From contig NC_043001.1 of the NCBI RefSeq assembly GCF_006345805.1, positions 88,598,001 through 88,662,000 on the forward strand: a DNA stretch of 64,000 bases, given 5' to 3'. Made by a program: the position numbers and the translations under genes. Each line of letters begins with the position of its first letter. Position 1 is the first letter of the stretch. This DNA is from Octopus sinensis. Lineage: Eukaryota. Shown piece after piece: positions 12,375 through 25,213 of the stretch. Under the pieces are notes generated by a model that saw only the letters and a program-made list of their open reading frames with translations, was not told where the DNA came from and did no database searches.

Positions 12375-13635
12375 TCAGGTTGAGTAAAAAGTAAGCAACG
12401 TTTTGAACCATGAAGAATTTGTACTGGATGTTTGCAAAGTTTTTAATTCTTTTTAAACAATTTTTTGCAATTGTCTGATAATACAAATATAGACTCGCCC
12501 AAATGCATCAATAAACTAACATTGATATTTTTTTCACCGCTGTTACAATCATCTGAAATAGAATTGTCTAAGCGCGATATTCAAACAATTTTTCTATTCA
12601 ACTTCAAAAAAGGAATGTAAAGCAGCTGAAACTGCTCACAATATCAATGAAACATTTGGTGAGGAAATGACCAGTGAGTGGTCAGCTCAAAAATGGTTTA
12701 AACGATTTCACCAAGAAGACCTAAGCCTTGGAAGATTGTAAGCATAGTGGACGCCCATCTCTCATTGATGGCAGTCAATTAAAGACCATCATTGAGAAAG
12801 ATCCATGTAAAACCACTCGAGAACAGGCAAAGAAAATTGCCTGCAACCATGTGCATGTGATTGGAAAATCTCAACAAAGGAGTACCATACTATTTTAATG
12901 AAAATTAGAAAATGTGCAGATATGAAATTTGCTCCTCACTTCTTTTCCGTAACGAGACCAATCCATTTCTCGATCGTATTGTAACTTGTGATGAAAAGGG
13001 GATTCTGTACAATAATAAAAATCATTCTTCACAGTGGTTAGACCAAAAGGAAGCACCGAGAACCTTCCCTAAACCCGAGCTCTTCAAAAAGAAGGTTATG
13101 GTGACTGTTTGGTGGTGTACTGCTGAACTCGTCCGCCATAACTTCTTAAAATTTGGAAAAACCATTACTGCAGAAACATATTGCCATGAAGTTGCCAAAA
13201 TGAATGGAAAACTGCTACTCCTCCATTCAAGACTGGTCAACAGAAGAGAGCCAATCATTCTTCGTGACAATGCTCCACCGCATGTTTCACTAATGACACT
13301 CCAAAAGTTGAGGGAACTTGGCTACAAAGTTCTTCCCCACCCAGCTTATTCCCCAGGCCTTTCTCCTGCTGACTGCCACTTTTTCAAGTACCTTGATGGT
13401 TTCCTGTGAGAGAAGGAGTTCAAAAATCAAACTGATGCTGAAAGTACATTCAAAAGTTCGTCAGCTCCAGAACTCCTGATTTTTATATTACCAGAACAAA
13501 CATACTTGTAACTCATTGGCAAAAATGTGTTGATTGTAATGGTACTTATTTTGATGAAGAAAACTTCCGCATTACTGAAATATATTGTGATGAATTTCAT
13601 GTTTCAAAACCTTGCTTACTTTTTACACAGTCTGA
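12375..13635 (+). mobile_element. Near-full-length mariner (D,D34D; Hsmar1/cecropia-like), frameshifted transposase
   Basis: TIRs TCAGGTTGAGTAAAAAGTAAGCAACGTTTTGAA (31/35 including TA) with TA on both sides. Remnants KAAETAHNINETFG...WFKRF, RIVTCDEK, KKVMVTVWW, LRDNAPPH, HPAYSPGLSPAD. Confidence 0.92.
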
Positions 13636-13981
13636 TATTTGCATGTGTGTGTGTGTGTGTGTGTGTGTATCATTCACTTGTTCATTCATTTCTTTTTACA
13701 TATTTTCTATGCTAGAATAGTTTACCCAAACATCTACTATTACAGCTTAGTTTTATAGCCAGATACCCTTCTTGACAGCAACCCTTACCTTCTTCTTGAG
13801 TTCGAGATAGCTTATTCCACATGACTTTAAAATCACACAGCAAGCAGGTGATTCTATCAACTTGAGAAATGTTAGCATTCAAAGACTGTAACTATAAGTG
13901 AGAATAGATGTAAGCAAACACACAAACATAGAAGCCTGTATACACACACGTGCACATTATAAGTGTCTGTGTATGTAAATG

Positions 13982-14034
<53 letters not shown>

Positions 14035-14664
14035 CTTTTATATGTGTGTGATATAGATATACATTTTTTATATGTGATGTGCATATACACACACACACAC
14101 ACACATATATATATTGTGTGTCTGTGTGTGTATATATATATATATGTATGTATGTATGTAAACTGCATATGTATTTGTTATATATGTGTATGTAATCCCT
14201 ATAGGTTTGGGGTGACTATAGTCTTGTGAGTGGATCTAGTAAATAAAAACTTGAAGCTCATCATATATATGTGTGCATGTTTATGTGTATGCTTGTCTTG
14301 ACACATGATGGTTGTAAGCAAGCACTTATAATCATACAAATCTTGTTGTTCATTCCTGTCTTCCATGAAAAACACACCTAGTCAAGGGTATATATTATCT
14401 TGTTTGGAAGCAGTTTGGTGACAGGTATGGCATCCATCAGTAAAGAGTCTGGAATAGTGGGATTAAAATGGTGATAATGATATCTATTTATATATATATA
14501 TATATATATACATATATATATAACTCAACCAACTTTCACACTGATCAAAAGGGATAAACATCCCTCTGTTAAACTTCCATTAATGTTATATCGCCTGAAG
14601 AAATGAATCCATAAAGATGATCTACCTCATGTCTATGCTTACTACAGACTACACTCTAATCATA

Positions 14665-15190
14665 TGGTCATGTGTTGCATATGGATGAGGACAGCTGTGT
14701 GAAGGAGTGTTACACCCTAACAGTGGAGGGAACCTGTTGAAGAATTAGACCCAGGAAGACATGGGATTAGGTGGCAAAGTACCACCTTTGAATGTTGGGC
14801 CTCACAGAAGCAATGACAAGCAACCGTGACCTTTGGAGATATGCTGTGCTTGAGGAGACCTGGCAAGCCAAGTGAGATCATATCTGTGGCCGATGCCAGT
14901 GTCACATAACTGGCTCATTTAAAAGCACCTTTCAATCATTGGGCAAGATATCATGCTTGTGAAGGTCTGTTGAACCAAATGAAATCATAGTCATGGTCGA
15001 TGCCAGTGTCATGTAAAAAGCACCCACTACATTCTCAGAGTGTTTGGTGATAGGAAGGGCATCCAGCTGTAGAAACCTTGCCAAATTAGATTGGAGCCTG
15101 GTACAGCCTCCCAGCTTGCCAGTCCTCATTCAAACCATCCAACCCATGCCAACATGGAAAGTGGGCATTAAATGACAATGATGATGATGA
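14665..15190 (+). mobile_element. RTE-type LINE 3' fragment with 3' UTR
   Basis: GHVLHMDEDSCVKECYTLTVEGTC..RPRKTWD...MLGLTEAMTSNRDLWRYAVLEET, then the family tail ending in (ATG)n. Confidence 0.85.
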
Positions 15191-15220
15191 TATATATATA
15201 TATACACACACACACACACT

Positions 15221-15545
15221 GGCATGCCTCAACTTACATTGGTAATTGGTTCCAAGACATGTGACTTGACTAAAAAGCCTGAAGTAACCTAATGAAACAT
15301 TTTTTAAAATTTACTAACAAATATCTGTTTCAGTAAAACGTTTTCACACGTATTTTGTTAGATTTTCTACTTCAGTATTGGTTTTTAGGTAATTAAAAAA
15401 TTCTAATGCTTTTAAATATGTTCACTGACACTGATATAAAATCAAATAAATTGAATGAAATTTAGGTTTATTTTTGCCATTGATTTCTTGAAAAATGATG
15501 TAAAGTCAAAAAAAAAAATATGACCCAAAACAGTTTAAGTTGAGC
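15221..15545. mobile_element. Possible Tigger-like MITE ending about 40 nt upstream of the CaMKII acceptor
   Basis: Left ggcatgcctcaacttac and right gtttaagttgag are partially inverted and resemble the 10386 element. Confidence 0.35.
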
Positions 15546-15586
15546 TGAAAATTCTTTAATGTAAATTTATCTCTTGTATCTTCTAG

Positions 15587-15709
15587 TATCCTTCACCAGA
15601 ATGGGACACTGTGACCCCAGAGGCAAAGAATCTCATCAACAGTATGCTGACTGTGAACCCTGCCAAAAGGATCACCGCATCTGAGGCTCTGAAACATCCT
15701 TGGATCTGT
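15587..15709 (+). CDS. CaMKII: CaMKII exon, end of kinase domain: [41 protein letters not shown]
   Basis: ttctag acceptor, 123 nt, phase 0-0, GTAAGT donor. The peptide is diagnostic for CaMKII. Confidence 0.97.
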
Positions 15710-17560
15710 GTAAGTACTTCGCTTCATTTATTTAGTGGAAAGAAATGTGTTGTGATATTCCTGTGTCTGAAAGTTCATCAAATACTTATTATTCAAATAC
15801 TTAATCTTCTAATGATATTTATTGAAAGTTTAACATTGTCTAACAATTTGTCAAACCAATAACTGTTGCTACATTTGTACCTTGCAATAAAACTACATTA
15901 TAAATAGTATTAGATGATACATTTGATCTACATGTAAATGGATACTACATTAAGATGCAGTTTAATGTATAACTAGCTGATAAATATGTTGGTGCCTTGA
16001 AAGATTAGTAAATGACCACTTTGTAATTGTTCTGTTGACCAAATCTATTACGCCACTGCACACACTAATATCAGTTAAAATATATTTGCTTACATATCTA
16101 GAACTATAATATTGTATGATTTACAGAAGAATCTTTATTGTATCTTGTGAAAGTTCTTCTCACTCCATCAATATTTTAATAACAAATATGTGATGTATCA
16201 TTCCACTGTCATTATATATTGATTGATTTTTTTTACCTCCTGGCTTGCCTTCTATATCAAATAATATTCTGATATTCCATGGCTTGCCATCTTAAGATCA
16301 AGGCTTAGGATTTCTTTAATAACTTTTCCACTCCTCTGCCTTGTTTGTTAAAATCCTTGAAGGTATATAAGCTATATTTGACATGGCAAATAAGTAAAAT
16401 AATAATTATTCACAGTAGGAAATGTACAAATCTAATGTAAGCTTTCACTAGATAGCAAACTTTTGCTAAAATCTCTCTCTCAGTTATTACACAACCAAAC
16501 CCAAGATACTTTCATGTGAACATTTTCATTGTGTTCATAATTCATTTATACTACATACAGTATCAGCTTTGTGGCAATTCTTACCCCGGTAGAGATTATG
16601 AATATTCCTGTTGGGCAAATTCTATTTTGGAATAAATAACATTCATGTTATTTCAGAGAAGATTGATAGCAAATGTCCATCATAAATCAGTAACACAAGC
16701 TGGAATGAGTATCATGCTAAGATTGTATTTCATATTCCCTTCACAAGACAATATTTTCTTCAGGTCTCTGACTAGCAGCAACATGACATTATCTTTCAAT
16801 TTGATGAAGTGGAATGTTTAAATAGCAAAGACACACACAAAAAAAAAAATCTTCCCTGCCAGTCCCCTACTCAAAACATAAAATATTGTTTCTCAGATAC
16901 TTGAATTCACAATATTCAACATAGATCTGCAATATAAATCATCTTTATTGCGCTTCTTTTAACACTTAAACAATATTGGGAGTTCTGTAACAATTCCTAC
17001 TAATACTTCTACTACTACATATAATTAGTGTAACTGTAAATCTTATTTGTTAAACTTTCCATAGTGTTCAACTGTAGCAGAAGTGTAATGACTACAACTA
17101 CATATATATTACTGTATATCATATTCATATATACCTACCTATTAGAACTCCGAGTTACTAATGTGTGTATGGAATTCATAAAAGAGCTCTTTCAAAACAA
17201 TGACTAAGCTCAACAAATTTGAGCTCTGTCCACCTTGTTCTCTATGTAATTTTGCTTGCTGAACTTCACTAAAACTATCTATATAAACTCTGTACATCAG
17301 TCTTCCCCTCTTTTGGGGCTTTTGGTATCAGTGTTAGTGACCCAGCATCAGCCTGACACAAGAAAGCCATCAATAGGAAGAAGAATATCAAACTGTGTGC
17401 ATGTGTATATATAACCATATGTAGGTGGTGGATAACAGCTTGTCTTTCAAACATGGTATATTAAGAATTTGAGTCTTTTAGTTTGATGTTCTTTATTAAT
17501 AATTTTTTGTATCATTAATTTTTAAAAAATGTTAAAACCTATTCATGTTTTTAATATCAT

Positions 17561-17594
<34 letters not shown>

Positions 17595-17984
17595 CTATTT
17601 TTAAACCATTGTCCTCAATATGATGCTACAGATACTTTCTCACTGAAAGATTTAATGACAATGTTACACAGCTGATTAATTTTAAATCTCAGAACCAGCT
17701 TCAAATATAAAAGCTGAAGTCATTTTATGGGTTTTAAACGAACTTCTTACAATTCCTAGATGTGAGATTTTATGTGTTTAATGTCCATGTAGAAATTGCA
17801 GGGAGGTGCAATGTAGCATTTGGTTTTACATGTTTGTTTACAATTAAGAGAGTGGCAATTGGACATATTGTCACAATGCTCACATACCAAAAAGTCAACA
17901 TTTATGCTTTATTACTGGTGACTCTTGCTGACTTTGTCCATCTAAGTAGAAATAGGTGTCATAGAGGTATACAGGCATGTATAG

Positions 17985-18250
17985 GTGTAGGCATGACTGA
18001 GTGGTAAGAAGTTAACTTCCCAGCCACATGGTTCCAGGCTCAGTCCCACTGCATGGCACCTTGGGTCTTCTACTATTGCCTCGAGCCAATCCCGCACCAC
18101 CACCATTGTTTGACAACCGATGATGGTGTATTTATGACCCTGTAATTTAGTGGTTTGGCAAAATAAACTGATAGAATAAGTACTAGGCTTACAAAGAATA
18201 TGTCCTGGGGTTGATTTATTCAACTAAAACCCTGGCCGCAGTCAAGTGAC
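17985..18250 (+). mobile_element. tRNA-derived SINE
   Basis: ggcatgactgagtggtaagaag...ggctcagtcccactgcatggcaccttggg...ctactattgcc. Confidence 0.65.
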
Positions 18251-18777
18251 TGAAATATGTAAAAGAGTAAAAGAATCTACCTAACTATAAATAGCTACAG
18301 AGAGAAATGTTAGAAAGTCCGTCTAGCTATAAATAGATATTGTAGAAAATACAAACCACTTCATAGTAAATAAGTACCATATGGAGGTTAAGCCCACTTA
18401 ATTATAAATGAAAAGCATGCAGAGGTGCAAGCCATCCAGCTATAAATAGGCACCATAGGATGGCAGAGCTTGCTCCAGTGACCAGTGAGAGTAGTATGTA
18501 ACTAATATCAATACTGCACATCATTAGCTTGTATTGCTGGATTAAAATGCATCTGTTGAAGGGAAATGGGATTTCATTAGTAATGTTATTAAACATATGC
18601 ACTCATACAAACAATTAAATTTCAAGTTACACCACTCTGAGTCTTCCAGTCAAAGTTAACAAAATATACAGTAATTTAAATTCATTTTTTTTTTTTTTGA
18701 AATTTGTGGGTGAAAGTTGTTTTTTTTCTGCTCATCATATTCTGATGTGAACTATCTTCTTTTTATTCTTTCCACAG

Positions 18778-18861
18778 CAACGAGAGCGTGTTGCTGCTGC
18801 TGTACACCGACAAGAAACTGTAGATTGTTTGAAGAAATTCAATGCCAGGAGAAAACTAAAA
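18778..18861 (+). CDS. CaMKII: CaMKII autoinhibitory exon with the T286-equivalent: [28 protein letters not shown]
   Basis: tccacag acceptor, 84 nt, phase 0-0, GTAAGT donor. The Thr codon ACT is at 18817-18819. Confidence 0.97.
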
Positions 18862-21800
18862 GTAAGTATTTTACTATTTTCTTTTTATTCTGTCCAAGTC
18901 AGTATATCCAGATCCATCTGTATACCTGTCTGTGTCAATCTCATACAGTTGCTTTTATTCAATTCCTCGAATACCATTCTGCTGATCAGAGTGCATCTGC
19001 CCAAATGTATCTGTATACCTTCATACAGTTTATGCATCAGTCTCATACTATTGGTTTCATACAGTATCTCATATGTCCTAACACTTAAAACAAAGTACAA
19101 AGCTAATCTATCCTGATTTATCTCTGTACTTGGGTATGTCCATATGATACCATCAGTTTCATACATTTGTATGTCTGTGTATTTTCTTATACTTTGTAAT
19201 TATGAAGTCAGACTATCCAGGTATATATGACTGCCTCAGTAGTATGCTTGTTAGTCTCTTATCACTGGTTCCATACTGTTCCTCTATTTGTTGTTCCATT
19301 CAGTATTTATAATGTAAGAATTTTTATAGCTTAGTTTGTAGGACACTTGAGAATATAGTGAGAGCATGATATATATTCTATTTTCACATTTACAATTTGG
19401 TGCTAATTATGTAAAATGAGCAAATTCTATGTAAAAACAAAATACTGACAACTTCTCATTCCAATTCTAAATGACATCTATGATTCTGCATCTCATTCTA
19501 AAAACTCTCAACATTACTTCAGATTGAGAATGTGTGTGTTTGTGCATGCACATATGGATCTGTTCATATATATATATTTGTGTTTATGTACATGATACAT
19601 TCGTGATGTTTTCACAAGCATTTATTATGCACACAACTCTTTCATTTACACGTACATATATATATAATTCTGTCCAACCCATGCTAGCATGGAAAGCAGA
19701 CGTTAAACGATGATGATGATGATGATATGTCAGATACAGGATACTTTTCCATTAATAATGGTTAAACTGAAGACATAGGGTAAAATTGAATAATTTTACT
19801 CAAGTATAACAAATGATATTCATTTTATCAATTTAGTAATGTGAACAGACTGTTCAGTTGGGTTAGAATTCAATCCAGTTCAGAACTGAATACACTCAAT
19901 TACTTGTGTCAGTTTGTGTCCTGTTCTAACATTATCATTGATCTGAAATGAAACTTGATATACAAAACTAGACAAATTTGATATGCAAAATCTCTGCGAA
20001 TTCCTGGTACTTTTTATAACATTTCTACTGTGTGGAGGAATCTAAACTCAATAATATGCTACAGTTTATTTGCATCTACATGCAGTTATTGAGTTTGTTA
20101 TACATACACATCTATACACACACACACACAGTGGAGAGAAATAATCATAGAGACACCAAAGGAGAAGAAAGAAGTGTAGGAGGGGAGAGTAAGTGAAAGA
20201 GTAATTATGGGAGGAGTTATAAAAATGAGTATGTTTTGATTTTATATTAATGTAATAAATAGTTTTCTTTGAAAATTAATATTCATTTCATCCTTTTGTA
20301 TAAGCACTTTCCCCTGTCTCTTGCGCTATTCGCTTAGTACCTTGAGGGGTCACCTAGACACATTGACCTTACTATTTATCTGTTTGCATGTAGCTTGTAC
20401 AACTTGCTCTGCCTCACTTTCTTCTTTCATACTCAAATCCTTAACTGCTAACTTAAAACCACTCCCTTCTTGAATTTGATAGTCTGTGTGTGTGTGTGTT
20501 CCAAAGGATGGTAGTTTTATATAGAAGCAGACAATGTGATATATATGCCTCAGTATCACAACTACCAACCTCTGAGCTCTGTCCAGGCTATAAATCTCAC
20601 CATACTTGAACTGTCAAGAAAGGAATCAGCCCAGACTTAGAACATGAAGCTAGTATTTAAATCACCAGTGTAACAACAAAGTCTACTATCTGAAGTAGAT
20701 GTTTTGCTACCAGATGCTCTTCTGTTACCAAACCTCATCTGTTTTTCAAGCAAGGTGAAATATTCTTCTAGTCCAGATATGTTTTATTCATGGAAGATTA
20801 GAAACAAAGGACACCATTCATATAATAGGGATGATTGTTGAATGCACTCAGTAGCTAGAGATGCATGCCTGCACAAGCAACAGAATTCTTTTTGTTTCTG
20901 TCTACCAGATCTTCTCAGAAGGCTTTAGTTGGTTTGGAGTTAAGGTAGAAGACATTTTCCCAAAGTGCCACATTGTGGGACCAAACCAGAAACCATGTGT
21001 TTATATATATTATATATAATGCATTGCATCACACAGACACCACTAGATGGATATCATACCAAACTGTTGAGGTTTTTCTACTTGAATTTTAGCAGTAGCT
21101 TAATAAGAAAAAGTAAATCCTGCTGAAATTGCTTTTCTAGACATGATGTTCAAGGACTGTTATAAAGTAGTTAAGTATAAATTAATTCAGTGCTTCATGC
21201 AGACAGTTATCAGCTTTGGTTTATCAGTTAAGTTCACTTGAACTTTGTGTCACACTGTGATAAGAACATTGGCTCTCTGTTACCAACACTCACCTTGCAC
21301 AGTAAAGCTATTTCGCTGTCTGTAAAGCTTTACTCAAATCCTTGAGAGTTTACATAAGGTAAAATTGCTTAATTTTCGTTTGGCGTAGTTATATAGTTGT
21401 TGTTCAAGTTTAGTTCCTTCTACATTCTCAAAGCAAAAAAGAAAAAAATGTCTAATTCTTGTTTCAGACCACAAGGTTTATGTAGATAATAACGTGTATA
21501 CATTTAGATTTAACTACTAATACACATCTACAGTATTTCTACTGCTTTTATTTTTTTGTATACTATAATCGAATACATGGCATGTGTCGTGTAGAAAAGT
21601 TTTTAAAGTTCTGTATACAGTTTTGCTACGTATGTTTCTTTCTAATATTTGCTAAATAGTATTGTAGGTGAACATAGCACATATGTTTCACTTGTAATAT
21701 TTGAAATAGTATTCTAGCATACTGTATACTAGCATATTTTATAGTATAATGATATATTATTGCTTGATTTATATTGTAGGTATATATGTTTAGATTGTAA

Positions 21801-22140
21801 TACTTCTGCGCAATTTCTTTCTTTTTTTTTTACATTACTTTGAAGCATAATATTCTAGATCATAAATGAAAACGTAATATACTATGAGTCACCAAAAAAA
21901 AGACTATATGCTGTTGCTTAACCTGCAAGAAATAGCAGCCAAATACCTCTCACATCCCACTTTATTATCTTAAAAAAGAAAGATTACATTGAATAGACTG
22001 TCTGTAAAAATAGTGGATGGTCATGGCAAGGATGTCTTTGATCATGAAGATATTGGATCCATACTGATGCAGGGCTCATCAGCAGCAACAGTAGCATAAT
22101 TCTGCACAATACATACATAATACATACATGTATATATATG

Positions 22141-22186
<46 letters not shown>

Positions 22187-22570
22187 TTGCCAGATTCCTG
22201 ATGTGTAATAGTGTATTGAAACAGATATTATTTTATTTCAGGTTGACATATTTTTCTGTGCACTAGTGTGTGTGCATGCATTTATTTGGCAAGAATAAAA
22301 AAGAACATCCCAAAATATAACTATAACTATATATATATTATATGTGTGTGTGTATGTATATATATGTGTGTGTGTATGTATATATATTTGTATGTATATA
22401 TATATACACACACACATGTGTGTGTGTATTTCCCTCACAAGAAAATGTTTTTTTTAAAAAAAATGGCTCACGTTTCATCTCTCACTCATGCGTACAACAT
22501 CTGCCTTGCTTATATCACATCTGCTCAGTACATGTAACATCTGCTTGATACATACCACATGTGTTGTATA

Positions 22571-22607
<37 letters not shown>

Positions 22608-24352
22608 TGCATCTGACCATCTGGTTTCAGTTGTGTCCAATATGCAAGATTATTATAAGACTTTAACATTTTTGTAGTTTTACTCCTATACAGAAGAACA
22701 TTTATAAGGCTAGTGCATCTATTTCATCATCATTACTCAAAGAATTTACTACAGTTATTTATTAATTTTTTAAAATTTCTTAATTACTTTGACTTAATTT
22801 TATAGGAACATGTAAAATTACTGGGTTGGGATAACAAATGTGACTTATGGTATAAATGATAACCAGCTGCTTAATATGTTTTTAGAACTTTAAAAATGGT
22901 TTTCCATTAATGACGAGGGAGACATTGAAAATAGAATGTCAGGAGTAAATCTGTTTTAAAATGCATTAGATTTTTTTCTATTATCCATTTCTTTGGTTAG
23001 TTCTAACACATGGAACAAGAAGTCATACCTATTCAAAAAAATACATATTAGTGTCTGAGGAAGTATTAATACCGAGAGGTAATATTTATTGCCACTTAAA
23101 ACAATGAAGGAAGGTCGAAATCATGTATCTGGTGGTCTGGCACTCGAAATGGCAGGGATATGTTTCCCTGCTAGCTATATAAACAAGTGTGCATTTTACA
23201 CCAAAAACCAATATAAGAGTTTCTCTCATGGTATCTACCACAGTTTAGCTTTGTTCTATCAAAACATCCACGTTTAATTGGCAATAAATATTACCTTTAA
23301 AGTCATGCCATAAGTTAAATTTTACATGAGAACTTTATAATCACTCAGGGTTATAACTTCTACCAGATATATACTTTTGTCATTTTCATTATCTATATGG
23401 AGTTAGGAAGGATATCCAACCATCAACATGAATGATGATGACAGCTTGCATTTAAGAAGACAAAAATGCTACTAGCAGGAGTGCATGATATTATTGTTGT
23501 TTGGTCCCAAGTCTACTTTGATCGAGTTGATCTATGAGCAAAAGTGTACCTGTCTTGACAGACTCATCTTTTAGTCAGACATCACAAGACTAAATTTTCC
23601 AGTGTACCCTGCCTTTAATACATTAAGGTGTGATTTAAGTGAGATTTTGCAGCTATGTCTTCATTATTACCTATGCCCTTTCTTTGCAAAAGTTTGGGAT
23701 TTTCTCCCTCCCATATCTTTCCTATTGGTGTTGACTTACAGAAGCTCAAGAGTAGCATCAATGACATCAATTTCACTTATCTAAGAGAACCTTCAAAGGC
23801 CATCCTTCAGACTCAGATAGTTAGAAAATTGGTTCAAGCATATATTATTGTCATTACAAGTTATGTTCAATGAGATTTCAGTGTTCCCTTACTGTTATAC
23901 TGGCTGCTTCACTTACTCCTATCTTATATCATGTAGAGACATGTATATTGCAATGTAATACAGCAGCTTTATGGAATGGCATAGCCATTTAATTTTCCAA
24001 GGTTCAACAACCTCAACATGCTGCACTGCTTCTGGACTGTCCCAACACTGAAAATATATGTGTATTCTAACACAACTCAATCAGCTCAACTCTAATTCTA
24101 TCCCCAATACAGTATAAACATTTTTGAAGATACAGATATATTGCTGACTCATAACGAAATTTACTGATTATCTATATTCCAATATTTTATCTCTTATACT
24201 GGCTACAAAATTTACTTTTCTGTTGATGGTAAACCTTTTCATCTGACACTACATAAATACATTTTATATTGCCAGACCAAAGACTTCCATACAGTTATTC
24301 AAGAATCAGTTGATCAACAGTGTTTATCATTTCTCTTTCTCTCACTTTGCAG

Positions 24353-24395
24353 GGTGTTATTCTTACCACTATGCTGGCAACCAGAAACTTCTCCA
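24353..24395 (+). CDS. CaMKII: CaMKII CaM-binding exon: GVILTTMLATRNFS + 1 nt
   Basis: Pyrimidine tract plus ttgcag, 43 nt, GTAAGT donor. Ends in phase 1, as canonical CaMKII genes do before the variable linker. Confidence 0.95.
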
Positions 24396-25204
24396 GTAAG
24401 TCCCATTCTATGTGTTTATAATTTTTTCCTCAACTATCATTTCTCTGATCTGAATTTCTTTCTTTCTTGGGCACTAATGAACATGTTATACATGGAAAGT
24501 TTACATGCACAACTATATATTGTTTATGGGACCTTGAAACTGGAAACAAAATATACCACCATATCAATTCATATATGATTTGATTACTAAATATATCATG
24601 GTTCCTTTTAAATACCTTATTAGAGTTGTAATGTTCCATTTATCTTTTTGTTTTAAATTATGTTTCATCCTATTTGATTCTTATATAATCAGCTTAGAGT
24701 CCTACACTGTAAAGAAAACCAGGCTTTCCTTTCTGCAAGTCAGTGGAAGTTTGAAGTGAGAATTAATCTTCACATAAAATGGAACCTCACATTCTTAGAA
24801 AGTTCCTTCTCTCACTGGGAACTGGTCTGTTCTACTAAGAATCTGTTGTGTATTATAATACTCAATTCTTAATCTGTGTTAACAATATTTACTAAACAGA
24901 AATACACTCTGCCCTAACATTAATATTAATGTAAGTGTCTGCAATTATTACAAAATATTTAACTTATCAGCTGGAGTGATTTTTCAGTAAGTGTGTGACA
25001 AATACTTTTAAAAATCTTATCTTATAACCCTGCTGTAGAAAGAATTTTTTTTTATGCCGTTAAGTTATTAAATACATTTATGGTAGCAGGACCATTAATT
25101 GACTGTCTGTTCTCTTCCATTGAACATTAGTTCAATGTCATATCGGAAAATGCATGCTAATTTACATATATGTCATTCTTTGTTGCTTTCTTTGTGTGGT
25201 ATAG

Positions 25205-25213
25205 TAAACAAAG
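25205..25213 (+). CDS. CaMKII: Candidate 9-nt CaMKII linker microexon (I-N-K)
   Basis: tag|TAAACAAAG|GTAAGT, phase 1-1. About 70 nt AG-free upstream, with TGCATG, a CTAAT branch-like motif and a TGC-containing U tract. Confidence 0.5.

Noticed and set aside
16657-16689. 33-nt phase 0-0 exon-like segment RRLIANVHHKS between the kinase and T286 exons
   Set aside because: Weak pyrimidine tract and donor. The resemblance to [10 protein letters not shown] is superficial, and such hits are expected by chance.
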